This document shows, one piece after another, positions 8,326-18,534 of a DNA stretch of 64,000 nucleotides. The translations under genes and the position numbers were made by a program. A model generated the notes under the pieces. It was not told the DNA's origin. It searched no databases and saw nothing but the letters and a program-made list of their open reading frames with translations. Source of the DNA: Alphaproteobacteria bacterium (GTDB lineage: Bacteria; Pseudomonadota; Alphaproteobacteria; Bin95); the NCBI GenBank assembly GCA_963665325.3, contig OZ224045.1, positions 2,336,001 through 2,400,000 of the forward strand, read 5' to 3'. How positions within the stretch are numbered: position 1 is the stretch's first letter; each line of letters begins with the position of its first letter.

Positions 8326-8444
8326 GATAGTGAGGTCGCAGGAGGTCTTTGTCCCTCTATTGGGGATTGGGGCCGATGGTTGAGCCTAGTCCGTTTGACG
8401 GACATAAGGCGGGGAGCTTTGCAAGAGGGCTCCCCGCTTTTTTT
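8326..8444 (+). ncRNA. Putative counter-transcribed RNA (ctRNA) controlling repC
   Basis: Lies between the antisense promoter and a strong intrinsic terminator, immediately upstream of repC. 5' end estimated. Confidence 0.55.
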
Positions 8445-8450
8445 ATGTCC
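8400..8450 (+). terminator. Rho-independent terminator
   Basis: GCGGGGAGC...GCTCCCCGC stem followed by TTTTTTT; extendable by GGACATA/TATGTCC. Confidence 0.8.
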
Positions 8451-8504
8451 TTGAACGGGTGAGATTTTGCCGGACTTGTCTCCTACCCGCGCGTGTGCCT
8501 ATAC

Positions 8505-8786
8505 TCACCGAACTGTGGTGGTGTAGTCGCGCTCGAAATCGCCCATCGCGCAGTTGTGCACATGGACATGTGCGCCCGCCTCGACCGGTTCGCTAGCAAA
8601 CCCGATGATCTGGTCGTACTTGCGGACCGGTTCGCCGACGGATATCGGCCGCGTCGCGATCTTGTGGCCGGCCGGCACGACATCCACCGCGGTGACGTCC
8701 TCGCCGGGAATCTCAATTCCAGAGAGGATATCGACGCGCGCGACGACCACATTGTCTTCGGGTGCAAGGCGGATGGAGAGGGTCAT
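8505..8786 (-). pseudogene. UxaA/altronate dehydratase N-terminal SAF domain, probably truncated
   Basis: IRLAPEDNVVVA...PAGHKIA...GEPVRKYDQIIG...HVHVHNC. Continues into the linker (GDFERDY) and then stops. No catalytic-domain gene follows. Confidence 0.7.
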
Positions 8787-8801
8787 GGGCTATGGGTCCT
8801 T

Positions 8802-10133
8802 CTAGGCGGCGAGCAGGTTGTGGAGTTCGCCGGCGCGGCCGGGCGCATCGAAGTCCCAGGCGAGCGCACTCAGAGCCTCGGCCGCATCGCCGAGCGCCGG
8901 CTCGGCGAGCGCGTGGAACTTGGCGTCGAGGTCGGCGCGCGAGAGGGGATTGCCGGGATTGCCGCGCGCAAGCAATGTTTCGCGCCGGTCTGCGCCGCCG
9001 TCCAGCCACTGAACCTCCAGCACAGCGGAGCGAGTGTCCCGGCCGGGTTCGGCGACCGGCTCGACGCGGGTAAGCATGGCTCGCAGCCCGGAATCGGCCA
9101 GCGTCTCGGCGGTAAAGTCTCCTTCCACCGCCGGGCGGCCGGCAAGGCCCAGCGCCGTGCAGAAAGCCAGGCTGAATTTGCCTTCGAGCGGGGTTTGCGG
9201 ATCCGCCTTGCCGGCGAGCCGGATTGCGGCCGGGTTGACACGAACTTCGACGCGCACCGCTTCGCGGCCGGACGCCTCCGGCGCCAGCGCGCGCGCGGCG
9301 TCGATGACAGGATGGGTCAGGAGGCAGGCGGCATAGGGCTTGACCGTATTGCGCAACAACTCCCAGCCATCGTCGAAATCGACCGCGTCGATGGTCGCCG
9401 CTCCATCCTGCACAAGTGCGCTCCCGAGCCCGTCTTCGGTTTCGAGCAGCGTCTCGGACGCTTCGAAGCCGGCGGCCGCCAGTTCGGCTGCCAACACGCC
9501 GTTCATCGCCGCCTTGCCGGCATGGAAGGGCTTGGCGTGGGTGCCGAAAGAGCCGGTCAGGCCGCCGGCCTGCGTGGCGGCGGCGCCGAGCGCGCGGGCG
9601 ATACCGTCCTCGTCGAGTTTCAGCAGCACCGAGGCGGCAACCGCGGCGCCGAGCGCGCCGAAAATGCCGGTCGAATGCCAGCCGCGAAGATTTGCCACCC
9701 CGCCGATGCCGTTGCCGAGGCGCGCGCCCGATTCGAAGCCGGCGATGAACGCGGCCATCATCTCCCGGCCTTCGGCTCCGGCCTGCTGTCCCACGGCCAG
9801 GGTCGCCGACCAGACCGGCGCGGAAAGATGCGCCGTCGCGCCGACATGGGTGTCGTCATAGTCGAGGCAGTGGGCGAAGGTGCCGTTCACCAGGGCGGCG
9901 CCGGCGGCGCAGGTCGTGCCGCCAAGCGCGATGCGCGCCCTGCCTGCGGCCTGCCAACTCTCGACGACGCGCCGCACGGCCTTGCCGCCCGGCTCGCCGC
10001 GCGCGCCGAGCGTGACCCCCAACGTATCCAGCAGGCACGCCCTGGCGGCTTCCAGAACCTCGGGAGGCCAGTTTCGTCCGGGTGCCGCAGCCGCCCACGA
10101 CGCCACGCGCCGGATCGTGTCGTTTCCGCCCAT
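8802..10133 (-). CDS. MmgE/PrpD family protein
   Basis: NGTFAHCLDYDDTH, GWHSTG, KPFHAG, KPYAACLLTH. Confidence 0.9.
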   Translation of the reverse strand: MGGNDTIRRVASWAAAAPGRNWPPEVLEAARACLLDTLGVTLGARGEPGGKAVRRVVESWQAAGRARIALGGTTCAAGAALVNGTFAHCLDYDDTHVGATAHLSAPVWSATLAVGQQAGAEGREMMAAFIAGFESGARLGNGIGGVANLRGWHSTGIFGALGAAVAASVLLKLDEDGIARALGAAATQAGGLTGSFGTHAKPFHAGKAAMNGVLAAELAAAGFEASETLLETEDGLGSALVQDGAATIDAVDFDDGWELLRNTVKPYAACLLTHPVIDAARALAPEASGREAVRVEVRVNPAAIRLAGKADPQTPLEGKFSLAFCTALGLAGRPAVEGDFTAETLADSGLRAMLTRVEPVAEPGRDTRSAVLEVQWLDGGADRRETLLARGNPGNPLSRADLDAKFHALAEPALGDAAEALSALAWDFDAPGRAGELHNLLAA

Positions 10134-10173
10134 GTCAATGTCGTCCTTCCTCGCGCGCCGGCGTCTTCGCCGG

Positions 10174-10653
10174 TCACGGTTTTCCGCAGGCGCCCCAGAC
10201 CTCGTCCTTCCTGAGCCAGCCTCTATAGCCTTCGACGGACACTTCGCACCAGCCTTCCCGGCGTTCGAGCACCGAGAGCAACACGCCCGGCCGCAGCAGG
10301 GCCAGCCCGCTGGCGTCGGATCCGGGCGAGCGGCGCAGCCGCCTCGTCGAGCCCGTGACGATGGCGCGCGACCAGTCCGTCAACAGATGCGCGCTCATCC
10401 AGCCCGTCTCTCCTGAAGGGTCCTCGACCTGCCGCCAGTCAAAGTGCTCCCCGACGATCCGCACCGGCAAGCCCCGCTGCCGGTATTGCCAGCGCACCGC
10501 ATAGGTCGTGCTGGGCCCGACCCGAAGGTTGCCCTCAGTCGCGCGTATCGCGGCGTACCGCGGCAAGGGTTGGCCGGTGAGCCGGTCGCCGGCCGACGCC
10601 GCTACGCTCCAGAGGCACAGGACCGCTGCAACGCCGCTGCGAACGAATGTCAT
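10174..10653 (-). CDS. Secreted tandem SH3b-domain protein
   Basis: Signal peptide; TGQPLPRY...NLRVGP...RGLPV...WRQVEDPSGETGWM. Start reassigned to ATG 10653. Confidence 0.85.
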   Translation of the reverse strand: MTFVRSGVAAVLCLWSVAASAGDRLTGQPLPRYAAIRATEGNLRVGPSTTYAVRWQYRQRGLPVRIVGEHFDWRQVEDPSGETGWMSAHLLTDWSRAIVTGSTRRLRRSPGSDASGLALLRPGVLLSVLERREGWCEVSVEGYRGWLRKDEVWGACGKP

Positions 10654-11861
10654 CGCCGGGCCTCCGGCCAGATGACGAGCGCCAGCGCCAGCATTGCCAG
10701 CCCTTCGATCGAGATGACGGTCACGGCCATGTGGGCGCCCAGCCATTCGGCAAGCAGGCCGAGATGCAGGAAGCCGATCGGCGCGGTGCCGATGCAGATC
10801 GTCAGCATGCCCATGGCGCGATTGCGCATTTCCGGGCGGGCGCCGAGAAAGGTCAGGGTCGATTGCATGGTCGCGAAACAGGCGCCTCCGATGCCGGCCG
10901 CAACCAGAATTGTGCCAGAAAGCAGGAACCAGGGCGAGGCTGCGAACACGATGGCGGCCGCCATATACGACGCCACGCCAAGGAAGTAGATGCGGCGGAA
11001 CCAGACCGCGCGGGCGAACCAGGCGATGCCGAGCGCACCGAGCAATGCCCCCAGCCCTTCGGCGCTCTGCAGCACGCCGACCGGGAACGCCGACAGTTCG
11101 AGACTGTCCTTCCCGATCACCGGCACCATCGAGGTCATCGGGAAGCCCCAGATGTTGTAGATGACGGTGACGGCCAGCGTGGCGACCAGCGGGCGGCTGG
11201 CACGGACGTAGCGGAAACCGTCCCGAATGGCCGTGAGCAGGCCAGCAGGCGTCGCGCCCGCTCGCGCTCCGTCCTCGATGTGCACGCGCGCCATCAGGAG
11301 CAGCGAGAGCAGATTGAGGACCGCGCCGGCGAAGAATGCCCCGGAAATGCCGATACCTTCCAGCAGCGCCCCGCCCGCGAGGGGCCCGAGCATCCGGGTG
11401 GCGTTGTTGGTGGCGGTGTCGAACCCCATCGCCTGGGCGACGCGGGCGTCGCCTGCAATGTCCCCGAGCATGGTGCGCCGAAGCGGCATTTCGCCGGCCC
11501 AGATCACGCCGTTGAGGACGGCGCCCACGGCGACATGCCAGAGCGCCAGCTCGCCGAAGGCAGCCAGGAGGCCCAGTACCGTCGAACTGGCGGTGAGCAC
11601 GCACAGGCCTACCATCACCAGAATCCGGCGATCGAACCGCTCGGCCAGGGAGCCCGCGAGCGCGCCGAACAGCATGAGCGGAAAGAACCGCAGCACGAAC
11701 ATGAGCGTCACGTCGAACGCCGAGCCTGTGCGGTCGTAAACCCACACACCGACCGCCAGAATTTCCAGCCAGCGGTTCACATTTGAGAGCGCGCCGGAGA
11801 CCCACACGCGGCGGAACGCAACATTGCCGATAAGTGCGAAGGGACTTATTGTCTTTGTCAT
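10650..11861 (-). CDS. MFS transporter
   Basis: ~12 hydrophobic segments; GSLAERFDRR motif A. Confidence 0.9.
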   Translation of the reverse strand: MTKTISPFALIGNVAFRRVWVSGALSNVNRWLEILAVGVWVYDRTGSAFDVTLMFVLRFFPLMLFGALAGSLAERFDRRILVMVGLCVLTASSTVLGLLAAFGELALWHVAVGAVLNGVIWAGEMPLRRTMLGDIAGDARVAQAMGFDTATNNATRMLGPLAGGALLEGIGISGAFFAGAVLNLLSLLLMARVHIEDGARAGATPAGLLTAIRDGFRYVRASRPLVATLAVTVIYNIWGFPMTSMVPVIGKDSLELSAFPVGVLQSAEGLGALLGALGIAWFARAVWFRRIYFLGVASYMAAAIVFAASPWFLLSGTILVAAGIGGACFATMQSTLTFLGARPEMRNRAMGMLTICIGTAPIGFLHLGLLAEWLGAHMAVTVISIEGLAMLALALVIWPEARR

Positions 11862-11958
11862 AGACTATGCAAACCCCACCCGCGTCCGGGGCGCAATCCC
11901 GAAAGCCGGCCCGGCCACCGGATTTCTGCGCTCCCTGCCTTTATCGGGAATGTCCGAT

Positions 11959-13176
11959 ATGCTTTACGCGCTTCACGAGATGCAGCGCATAGCCTGGGCG
12001 CCCGCCCGCATGATGGCCGAGGCCGGCCGACAGGCGGCGTCCAACCCGCTCCTGCCGATGGCTTGGCATCCCGCCGGGCGCGCGGTCGGGGCATTCTGCG
12101 AGTTGTTCGAGCGTGTCAGCCGCAAGCACGGTAAGCCGGAATTCGGCATCCGGCATGTTTCGAGTGGCGGCCGGACGCTGGCCGTGCGGGAAAGGGTCGT
12201 TGCTTCCACACCTTTCTGCGACCTACTGCATTTCGAGCGCGAAGGGCGGACCGGCGACCCGGTCGTGCTGGTGGTGGCGCCGCTTTCCGGCCATTTCGCC
12301 ACCCTGCTTCGCGACACGGTGCGCGGCCTGCTCGCAGAACATGACGTCTATATCACCGACTGGCAGGACGCCCGGCAGGTGCCGGCCAGCCGCGGCCCAT
12401 TCTCGCTCGACGACTATATCGACATGCTGCTGGACTTTCTCGCGCGGCTCGGATCGGAAGTCCATCTCGTTGCCGTCTGCCAGCCTTCCGTGCCGGCGCT
12501 GGCGGTGACGGCGCTGCTAGCCGCCGCAGGCAAGCCCGCGCCCCGTTCGCTCGTGCTAATGGGCGGGCCGATCGACACCCGCGTCGGCGTCACGAAGGTT
12601 AACGAATTCGCCAAGGCGCATAGTCGCCGCTGGTTCGATCAAATGCTGATCCAGACCGTGCCGCCGCCTTATCCGGGCTTCGGCCGGCGGGTCTATCCGG
12701 GCTTCATGCAGCTCTCGGGCTTCATGGGGATGAACCTCGACCGCCATGTCGGCGCGCATCTGCGCATGTTCGAGCATCTCGTTGCCGGAGACGGCGAGAG
12801 CGCCGGGGCTCATCGTCGCTTCTACGACGAATATCTTGCGGTGATGGATATGCCGGCGGAATACTTCCTGGAGACGGTGGAACGGGTTTTCCAGGAACAC
12901 CACCTGCCGCGCGGCCTGTTTACGCATCGCGGCGCGCCGGTCGATACGGCGGCGATACGCGACACCGCGCTGATGACCGTCGAGGGCGAACGCGACGATA
13001 TTTCGGGCGTCGGCCAGACGGAGGCCGCCCACCGCCTCTGCCCGAACGTGCCGCCGGAACGCCGCCGCCACCGGCTGCAGGCCGGGGTCGGTCACTACGG
13101 CATCTTCAACGGTCGGCGATGGCGGCAGGAGATCCTGCCGGACGTTGCCGATTTCATTCGCGCCGCGCGGGCGTAA
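11959..13176 (+). CDS. phaZ: Intracellular polyhydroxybutyrate depolymerase
   Basis: VAPLSGHFATLLR, AVCQP catalytic Cys, EGERDDI, GHYGIF. Confidence 0.9.
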   Translation: MLYALHEMQRIAWAPARMMAEAGRQAASNPLLPMAWHPAGRAVGAFCELFERVSRKHGKPEFGIRHVSSGGRTLAVRERVVASTPFCDLLHFEREGRTGDPVVLVVAPLSGHFATLLRDTVRGLLAEHDVYITDWQDARQVPASRGPFSLDDYIDMLLDFLARLGSEVHLVAVCQPSVPALAVTALLAAAGKPAPRSLVLMGGPIDTRVGVTKVNEFAKAHSRRWFDQMLIQTVPPPYPGFGRRVYPGFMQLSGFMGMNLDRHVGAHLRMFEHLVAGDGESAGAHRRFYDEYLAVMDMPAEYFLETVERVFQEHHLPRGLFTHRGAPVDTAAIRDTALMTVEGERDDISGVGQTEAAHRLCPNVPPERRRHRLQAGVGHYGIFNGRRWRQEILPDVADFIRAARA

Positions 13177-13191
13177 GGAGCCGGGAATCCG

Positions 13192-14115
13192 ATGAACGAT
13201 ATGGCACGCTCGGGCGAACCGCGGGGCGTCGCGGTCGCAACCCTCACCCCGATGACCGCCGGGCTGGAACCGGACTTCGAGCGGTTCGCGGCGCATTGCC
13301 GCCGGATGTTGGACCGGGGCGCGAACCTGCTGGCGGTCCTCGGCACAACGGGCGAGGCGAATTCGCTCGGGGTCGATGAGAAGCTGCGCCTTCTGGATGC
13401 GCTCGGCGAATCGGATATTCCCGGCGAAACCCTGCTGCCCGGCACCGGCACTTGTTCCATCGCCGACACGGTGATCCTGACGCGGAAGGCGCTTGAGATC
13501 GGCTCGGTCGGCGTCGTCATGCTGCCGCCTTTTTACTACAAGGGCGTGTCGGATGAGGGCCTGCACGCGGCCTATGAGGAAGTCATCCAGCGCGTCGGCG
13601 ACTCGCGCCTCCGGATCTACTTTTACAACTTCCCCTTCAATTCCGGCGTGCCAATTTCGCACGAGCTGATCGAGGGCCTGCTTGCGGCCTATCCGGGCAC
13701 GGTCGCCGGCATCAAGGACAGCTCCGGTGACCTCGACAACATGCTGGCGATGTGCCGGCGATTCCCGGGCTTCGGGGTCTTTGCGGGCTCGGAGCAGTTC
13801 CTGCTGCCGGTGCTGAAGGAGGGCGGGGCAGGCTGCATTTCGGCCACGGCCAATGTCACCATAGGCCTGTGCGCGGAGGTCCTGGCGGCTGCGAAGGCGG
13901 GCAGCGACGCCGGTGCATTGCAGGAGCGGCTGTCCGCCTGGCGCCTGGCGATCCAGTCGCAGCCGCTGATCCCCGCGCTCAAGGCGATCGTCGCTCGGAG
14001 CACCGGCGACGAGGAGTGGCTCCCGCTCCGGCCGCCGCTTACGGCCTTGGACGAGGCGTCGGGGGCCGCGCTGGACGGTGCGCTGGATGCGGCCGGCTTC
14101 GCGCCGGCGGCCTGA
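13192..14115 (+). CDS. Dihydrodipicolinate synthase family aldolase/lyase
   Basis: GTTGE, YFYNFP, GIKDSSG. Confidence 0.9.
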   Translation: MNDMARSGEPRGVAVATLTPMTAGLEPDFERFAAHCRRMLDRGANLLAVLGTTGEANSLGVDEKLRLLDALGESDIPGETLLPGTGTCSIADTVILTRKALEIGSVGVVMLPPFYYKGVSDEGLHAAYEEVIQRVGDSRLRIYFYNFPFNSGVPISHELIEGLLAAYPGTVAGIKDSSGDLDNMLAMCRRFPGFGVFAGSEQFLLPVLKEGGAGCISATANVTIGLCAEVLAAAKAGSDAGALQERLSAWRLAIQSQPLIPALKAIVARSTGDEEWLPLRPPLTALDEASGAALDGALDAAGFAPAA

Positions 14116-14200
14116 GAGACGGCTTCCGGGGGCCGTCTGCGGCCTTGCCGTCATGCGACAATTTGTGCTAACAGGAGGGCCGCTTCCTGCGGAGGTGCGT

Positions 14201-15148
14201 GTGCCCATTAAGGCCCTGCTGCTTTGTATCGCGGCTGTGGCGGCCATGTTGCCGGGGCCGGTGCGGGCCGACGGCGCCTATCCGGACCGCACTGTGGAAT
14301 GGGTTGTCCCGTTCGGGCCGGGCGGCGGGTCCGACCGCTGGGCGCGCATCATGTCTTCGGCGGCGATCGACGCTTTCGGCCAAGCCTGGCATGTGCGCAA
14401 CCGGGGCGGCGAGGAAGGCCGGCTGGGCTGGCGCTACATGCTCGGCAAGCCTCCCGACGGCTATACCATCCTGCAGGGCAGCATGACGCCCGCCGTTGCG
14501 GCGCTGCGCGATCCGGCGTCCGGTTTCCGCCCGCAAGATGTGAAAATCGCGGCATTCATCTCGTCGATCAAGACCCATCTGATTGCCATGCCAGACTCCG
14601 GTTTCGACAGTTGGGACAGGTTGACGGCTCGCCCGCCAACCAGCAAGCGCCCGCGAATCGGGGGAACGCCGGCCGTGCTGCTCGCTGCCGCCACCGGCCT
14701 GGACAGGCTCGGCGTCTCCGCCACGCTCCATACATTTTCCGGTACGGGCGAGGCGGTGTCGGCGCTTCTTTCCGGGGAGGTTGACATGGCGGCAGTCAGC
14801 ACCTCGACGGTGTTTTCCCTTGCCGGCCGGGCGTCTCCCGTCATCAATATCGGCGCGCGCGACAATACGCCGGCGATCAAGGAGAAGATCGGCGACGTGC
14901 CCTGGATCGGATCGCTCGGAGCGGTAGGCATAGGGGTTCCGCGCTGGGTTGGAGTACACCCGGACACGCCCGACGAGGTCGTGGACCGGATTTCCGAAGG
15001 CGTGGGCAAGGTGTTGGCCGACAAGTCGGTCATCAAGCTGATGACCAAGCTCGGCGAGGAAATCCACTATCTGCCGCGCGATGCCGCTGCCGCCGCCTAC
15101 AGCGAACTGCTTGAGCGCATGAAGGAACTCTTGGGCCGGATGCCATAG
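14201..15148 (+). CDS. Tripartite tricarboxylate transporter substrate-binding protein (Bug/TctC)
   Basis: YPDRTVEWVVPFGPGGGSD, PPDGYTI, HPDTPDEVV. Start uncertain (14153/14195/14201). Confidence 0.85.
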   Translation: MPIKALLLCIAAVAAMLPGPVRADGAYPDRTVEWVVPFGPGGGSDRWARIMSSAAIDAFGQAWHVRNRGGEEGRLGWRYMLGKPPDGYTILQGSMTPAVAALRDPASGFRPQDVKIAAFISSIKTHLIAMPDSGFDSWDRLTARPPTSKRPRIGGTPAVLLAAATGLDRLGVSATLHTFSGTGEAVSALLSGEVDMAAVSTSTVFSLAGRASPVINIGARDNTPAIKEKIGDVPWIGSLGAVGIGVPRWVGVHPDTPDEVVDRISEGVGKVLADKSVIKLMTKLGEEIHYLPRDAAAAAYSELLERMKELLGRMP

Positions 15149-15208
15149 GCCGATGATAGCGCGTTCGCGCTATGGCAGGGCCATCGGGTTTCGGTTAGCA
15201 TCCGGGCG

Positions 15209-15643
15209 ATGACTGAGAAGGTAGAAGTGCCGCTTGCCGCCGATCTCGGTGAGTTGTCCCGTTTGGCGGAGGCCGTGGAGGATTTCGGCGGAGCGAACGA
15301 CCTGCCGCCCGGTGCGGTGTTCAAGCTCAATCTTTGCTTCGATGAACTGATCACCAACGCAATTTCCTATGGCTTCGACACTCTGGACCAGGCGGCCCTC
15401 TCCGTGGAGCTGGCGGTCAGGGACGGCGAGGTGCTGGCGGTGATCCGCGACAACGGCCGGCCTTTCGATCCGTTTACCGAGGCGCCGGATGCCGATACCA
15501 CCCTGCGTGTGGAGGACCGGCCCGTTGGCGGCCTGGGCGTCCTGCTCGTGCGCGAATCGATGGACGATTTCTCCTATGAGCGGCTCGACGATTTCAATGT
15601 GGTTACGTTGCGCCTGAAGCTGGACCGGGCGGAGTCTCCGTGA
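15209..15643 (+). CDS. RsbW-like anti-sigma factor / HATPase_c_2 protein
   Basis: DELITNAISYG, DNGRPFDP, RPVGGLG. Confidence 0.85.
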   Translation: MTEKVEVPLAADLGELSRLAEAVEDFGGANDLPPGAVFKLNLCFDELITNAISYGFDTLDQAALSVELAVRDGEVLAVIRDNGRPFDPFTEAPDADTTLRVEDRPVGGLGVLLVRESMDDFSYERLDDFNVVTLRLKLDRAESP

Positions 15644-16485
15644 CGGAGGAAGCCCGCCGCTCCTTCTTTGATGAGTCGGCCGGTCGCGCGCCCGGACGCG
15701 GCAGGCTTGCCGGCCGGCGGCTCCTGGTCGTGGGCGGTGGCCAGCGCGAGATCGACGACGCCGACCCGCCGGTGGGAAACGGGCGCGCCGCGACGATTCT
15801 CTACGCCCGCGAGGGAGCCCGTGTCGCCTGTGCGGACGTTTCCGGCACGGCGGCCATGGCGACGGTGGCTGCGGTCGCGGAAGAAGGAGGTGAGGCATTT
15901 GCGATCGATGCGGACGTGGCGGACCCGTCGGCGGTCGAGGACATGGTGGCGCGCGCCGCGGACTGGCTGGGCGGCCTGGACGGGCTGCTGCTGAATGTGG
16001 GCGTCAGCGGCCCACCGCTGGGTCTGGCCGGCGAGACCCCGGATGAGTGGGATCGCGTGATGGCGATAAATCTGCGCAGCCACATGCTGACCTGCCGCGC
16101 GGCCTTGCCGGTATTGGCCGACGGGTCCAGCATCGTGTTCGTCGCGTCGATCTCGGGTATGCGCCCCAATAGCCGCAAACCGTCTTACGACACATCGAAG
16201 ACGGCGCTACAGGGGCTCTGCGGCCATGTTGCACAGGAAGGCCATGAGCAGGGGATTCGTGCCAATATCGTGGCCCCCGGCCTGATGGATACCGCGCTCG
16301 GCCGCGACGCCAGCCGCCGGCGCCCCGCCCGGAACGACGGACCGCTGCCCTTCGGCCGCCAAGGGACGGGCTGGGAGACCGCCTACGCGACCCTGTTCCT
16401 GATGTCGCACGAAAGTGCCTATATCACCGCGCAGACCCTGGTCGTCGATGGCGGTCTGATCGATCTTTGGTGGCGGGCGGGCTGA
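15640..16485 (+). CDS. SDR family oxidoreductase
   Basis: Rossmann GNGRA, YDTSK catalytic motif, NIVAPG, VDGG. Confidence 0.9.
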   Translation: MTEEARRSFFDESAGRAPGRGRLAGRRLLVVGGGQREIDDADPPVGNGRAATILYAREGARVACADVSGTAAMATVAAVAEEGGEAFAIDADVADPSAVEDMVARAADWLGGLDGLLLNVGVSGPPLGLAGETPDEWDRVMAINLRSHMLTCRAALPVLADGSSIVFVASISGMRPNSRKPSYDTSKTALQGLCGHVAQEGHEQGIRANIVAPGLMDTALGRDASRRRPARNDGPLPFGRQGTGWETAYATLFLMSHESAYITAQTLVVDGGLIDLWWRAG

Positions 16486-16562
16486 CGGCTGAAGGCGCTG
16501 GAGCGCCGGGACGGCGTTTTCTATAAGGGACGGGCGGACGGTGGGGCGCGGAAGACGGAAAG

Positions 16563-17831
16563 ATGCTGGACCTGAGGTGGATAAGGGAAAGCCCGGAAGC
16601 GCTCGACCGTGCGCTGGAGCGCCGGGGGGAGCTTCCCGTAGCGGCGCAGGTCGGCGCGCTCGATGCCGAGCGACGCGGCTGCCAGACCCGGTTCCAGGAA
16701 TGCCGCCAGCGCCGCAACGCACTCTCGCGCGAGATCGGCAAGGCCAAGGCGGCGGGCGAGCCGGCGGACGCGTTGATTGCGGAAGTCTCGCAGCTCAAGG
16801 AGGCGGAACGGGAAGCGGAAGAGGCCGAGCGCAAGGCGGCGGCCGAACTGGATGCATTGATTGCCGGTCTTCCGAACCCCCCCGGCGACGATGTGCCGGA
16901 CGGTGCCGACGAGGGAGACAATGTGGAATTACGCCGGACTGGCGAGCCGACCGAATTCGCTTTCGAGCCGAGAGAGCACACCGAACTCGGCGAGGCTCTC
17001 GGCTTGATGGATTTCGAGCGCGCAACCTATCTGTCCGGGGCGCGTTTCGTCGTCCTGCGCGGCGCCCTGGCTCGCTTGGAACGCGCGCTTGCCCAGTTCA
17101 TGCTGGATACGCACACGGAGGAGTTCGGCTACGAGGAAGTGTCGCCGCCGACGCTAGTGCGAAGCCCGGCGCTGTTCGGCACGGGCCAGCTTCCCAAGTT
17201 CGAGCATGACCTGTTCAAGACCGATACGGGACACTGGTTGATTCCGACGGCCGAGGTGCCCCTGACCAATATGGCGGCGGGCCTTATTCTGGCCGAGGAG
17301 GAGTTGCCGCTGCGTTTTACTGCCTTCACGCCTTGCTATCGTTCGGAAGCCGGGTCGGCCGGGCGCGATACGCGCGGCATGATCCGTCAGCACCAGTTTC
17401 AGAAGGTCGAGATCGTGTCGATAGTGCATCCCGACGACTCGGCCGAGGAGCATGAGCGTATGACGCTGGCGGCGGAAGCGATCCTGGAGCGTCTGGGTCT
17501 TCCGTATCGTCGCGTGCTGCTCTGCGCGGGCGACATGGGCGCCGCCGCACGCAAGACCTACGATCTGGAAGTCTGGCTGCCGGGGCAGGGCGCCTACCGC
17601 GAAATCTCGAGCTGCTCAAATTGCGGCGACTACCAGGCTCGGCGGATGAATGCCCGCTTCCGGCCGGCCGGAAGCAAGGGCACGCGCTTCGTGCATACGC
17701 TGAACGGATCCGGCCTGGCAGTCGGCCGGACGCTGATCGCCATGCTCGAAAATGGCCAGCAGCAGGACGGGACCATTGTGTTGCCGCCGGCGATTCGCCC
17801 CTACATGCGCGGGTGCGAGCGCCTTGAATAG
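16563..17831 (+). CDS. serS: Seryl-tRNA synthetase
   Basis: [49 protein letters not shown]. Confidence 0.98.
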   Translation: MLDLRWIRESPEALDRALERRGELPVAAQVGALDAERRGCQTRFQECRQRRNALSREIGKAKAAGEPADALIAEVSQLKEAEREAEEAERKAAAELDALIAGLPNPPGDDVPDGADEGDNVELRRTGEPTEFAFEPREHTELGEALGLMDFERATYLSGARFVVLRGALARLERALAQFMLDTHTEEFGYEEVSPPTLVRSPALFGTGQLPKFEHDLFKTDTGHWLIPTAEVPLTNMAAGLILAEEELPLRFTAFTPCYRSEAGSAGRDTRGMIRQHQFQKVEIVSIVHPDDSAEEHERMTLAAEAILERLGLPYRRVLLCAGDMGAAARKTYDLEVWLPGQGAYREISSCSNCGDYQARRMNARFRPAGSKGTRFVHTLNGSGLAVGRTLIAMLENGQQQDGTIVLPPAIRPYMRGCERLE

Positions 17832-18534
17832 AAAACGCCCAAGCTCCGCGCTGCGCGGGGGGGAAGGCGCGCCGGCGACGCCCGGGGCCACGCGCGCGCG
17901 GCTGCTGATGATGCTGCGCCGGTCGGGGGTGATCGACGCGGATGTGCTTGGGGCCATCGAACGCACGCCGCGGGACGCCTTTGTTCCGGCGATATTCAGG
18001 GACCGGGCGTATGAAGACACGGCATTGCCCATCGGCAGCGGCCAGACCATAAGCCGCCCGAGTGTCGTCGCCTTCATGACGGCCATGCTCGCGCCGGGCC
18101 CGCGCATGCGGGTGCTGGAAATCGGCACCGGGTCGGGCTACCAGGCGGCTGTGCTTACCCGGCTTTGTCGCAGGGTTTACACCATCGAGCGGCACGGCTC
18201 TCTCCTGTTGGAGGCGGAGGCGCGGTTCGAACGGTTGGGGTTGACCAACATCACCACACGACGCGGCGACGGCGTGCGCGGTTGGCCCCGGGCGGGCCAG
18301 TTCGATCGCATTCTGGTTACAGCGGCAGCTGACGATGTGCCGAACGCGCTTGTTGAGCAACTCGCCGAGGGCGGGCGGATGCTGGTCCCGATCCGGGAGT
18401 ATGATGGCGTCCAGCGGCTGGTTTGCCTGTCCCGAACCGAGCATGGCGTCGAAGTCGAGGCCTTGCGCGAGACGTCGTTCGTGCCGCTGGTCGGTGCCTA
18501 TGACGAGACGGCGCCGCAGGAGGCCGCGCAATGA
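17824..18534 (+). CDS. pcm: Protein-L-isoaspartate O-methyltransferase
   Basis: [42 protein letters not shown]. Start uncertain. Confidence 0.92.
   Translation: MNRKRPSSALRGGEGAPATPGATRARLLMMLRRSGVIDADVLGAIERTPRDAFVPAIFRDRAYEDTALPIGSGQTISRPSVVAFMTAMLAPGPRMRVLEIGTGSGYQAAVLTRLCRRVYTIERHGSLLLEAEARFERLGLTNITTRRGDGVRGWPRAGQFDRILVTAAADDVPNALVEQLAEGGRMLVPIREYDGVQRLVCLSRTEHGVEVEALRETSFVPLVGAYDETAPQEAAQ

Larger units (their letters stand above)
2385..8520. mobile_element. Integrated plasmid-like element (repC-parA-parB, HU, hicBA, IS debris); left boundary uncertain
   Basis: Replication and partition genes next to chromosomal-type genes. Right junction coincides with the uxaA truncation. Confidence 0.7.
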
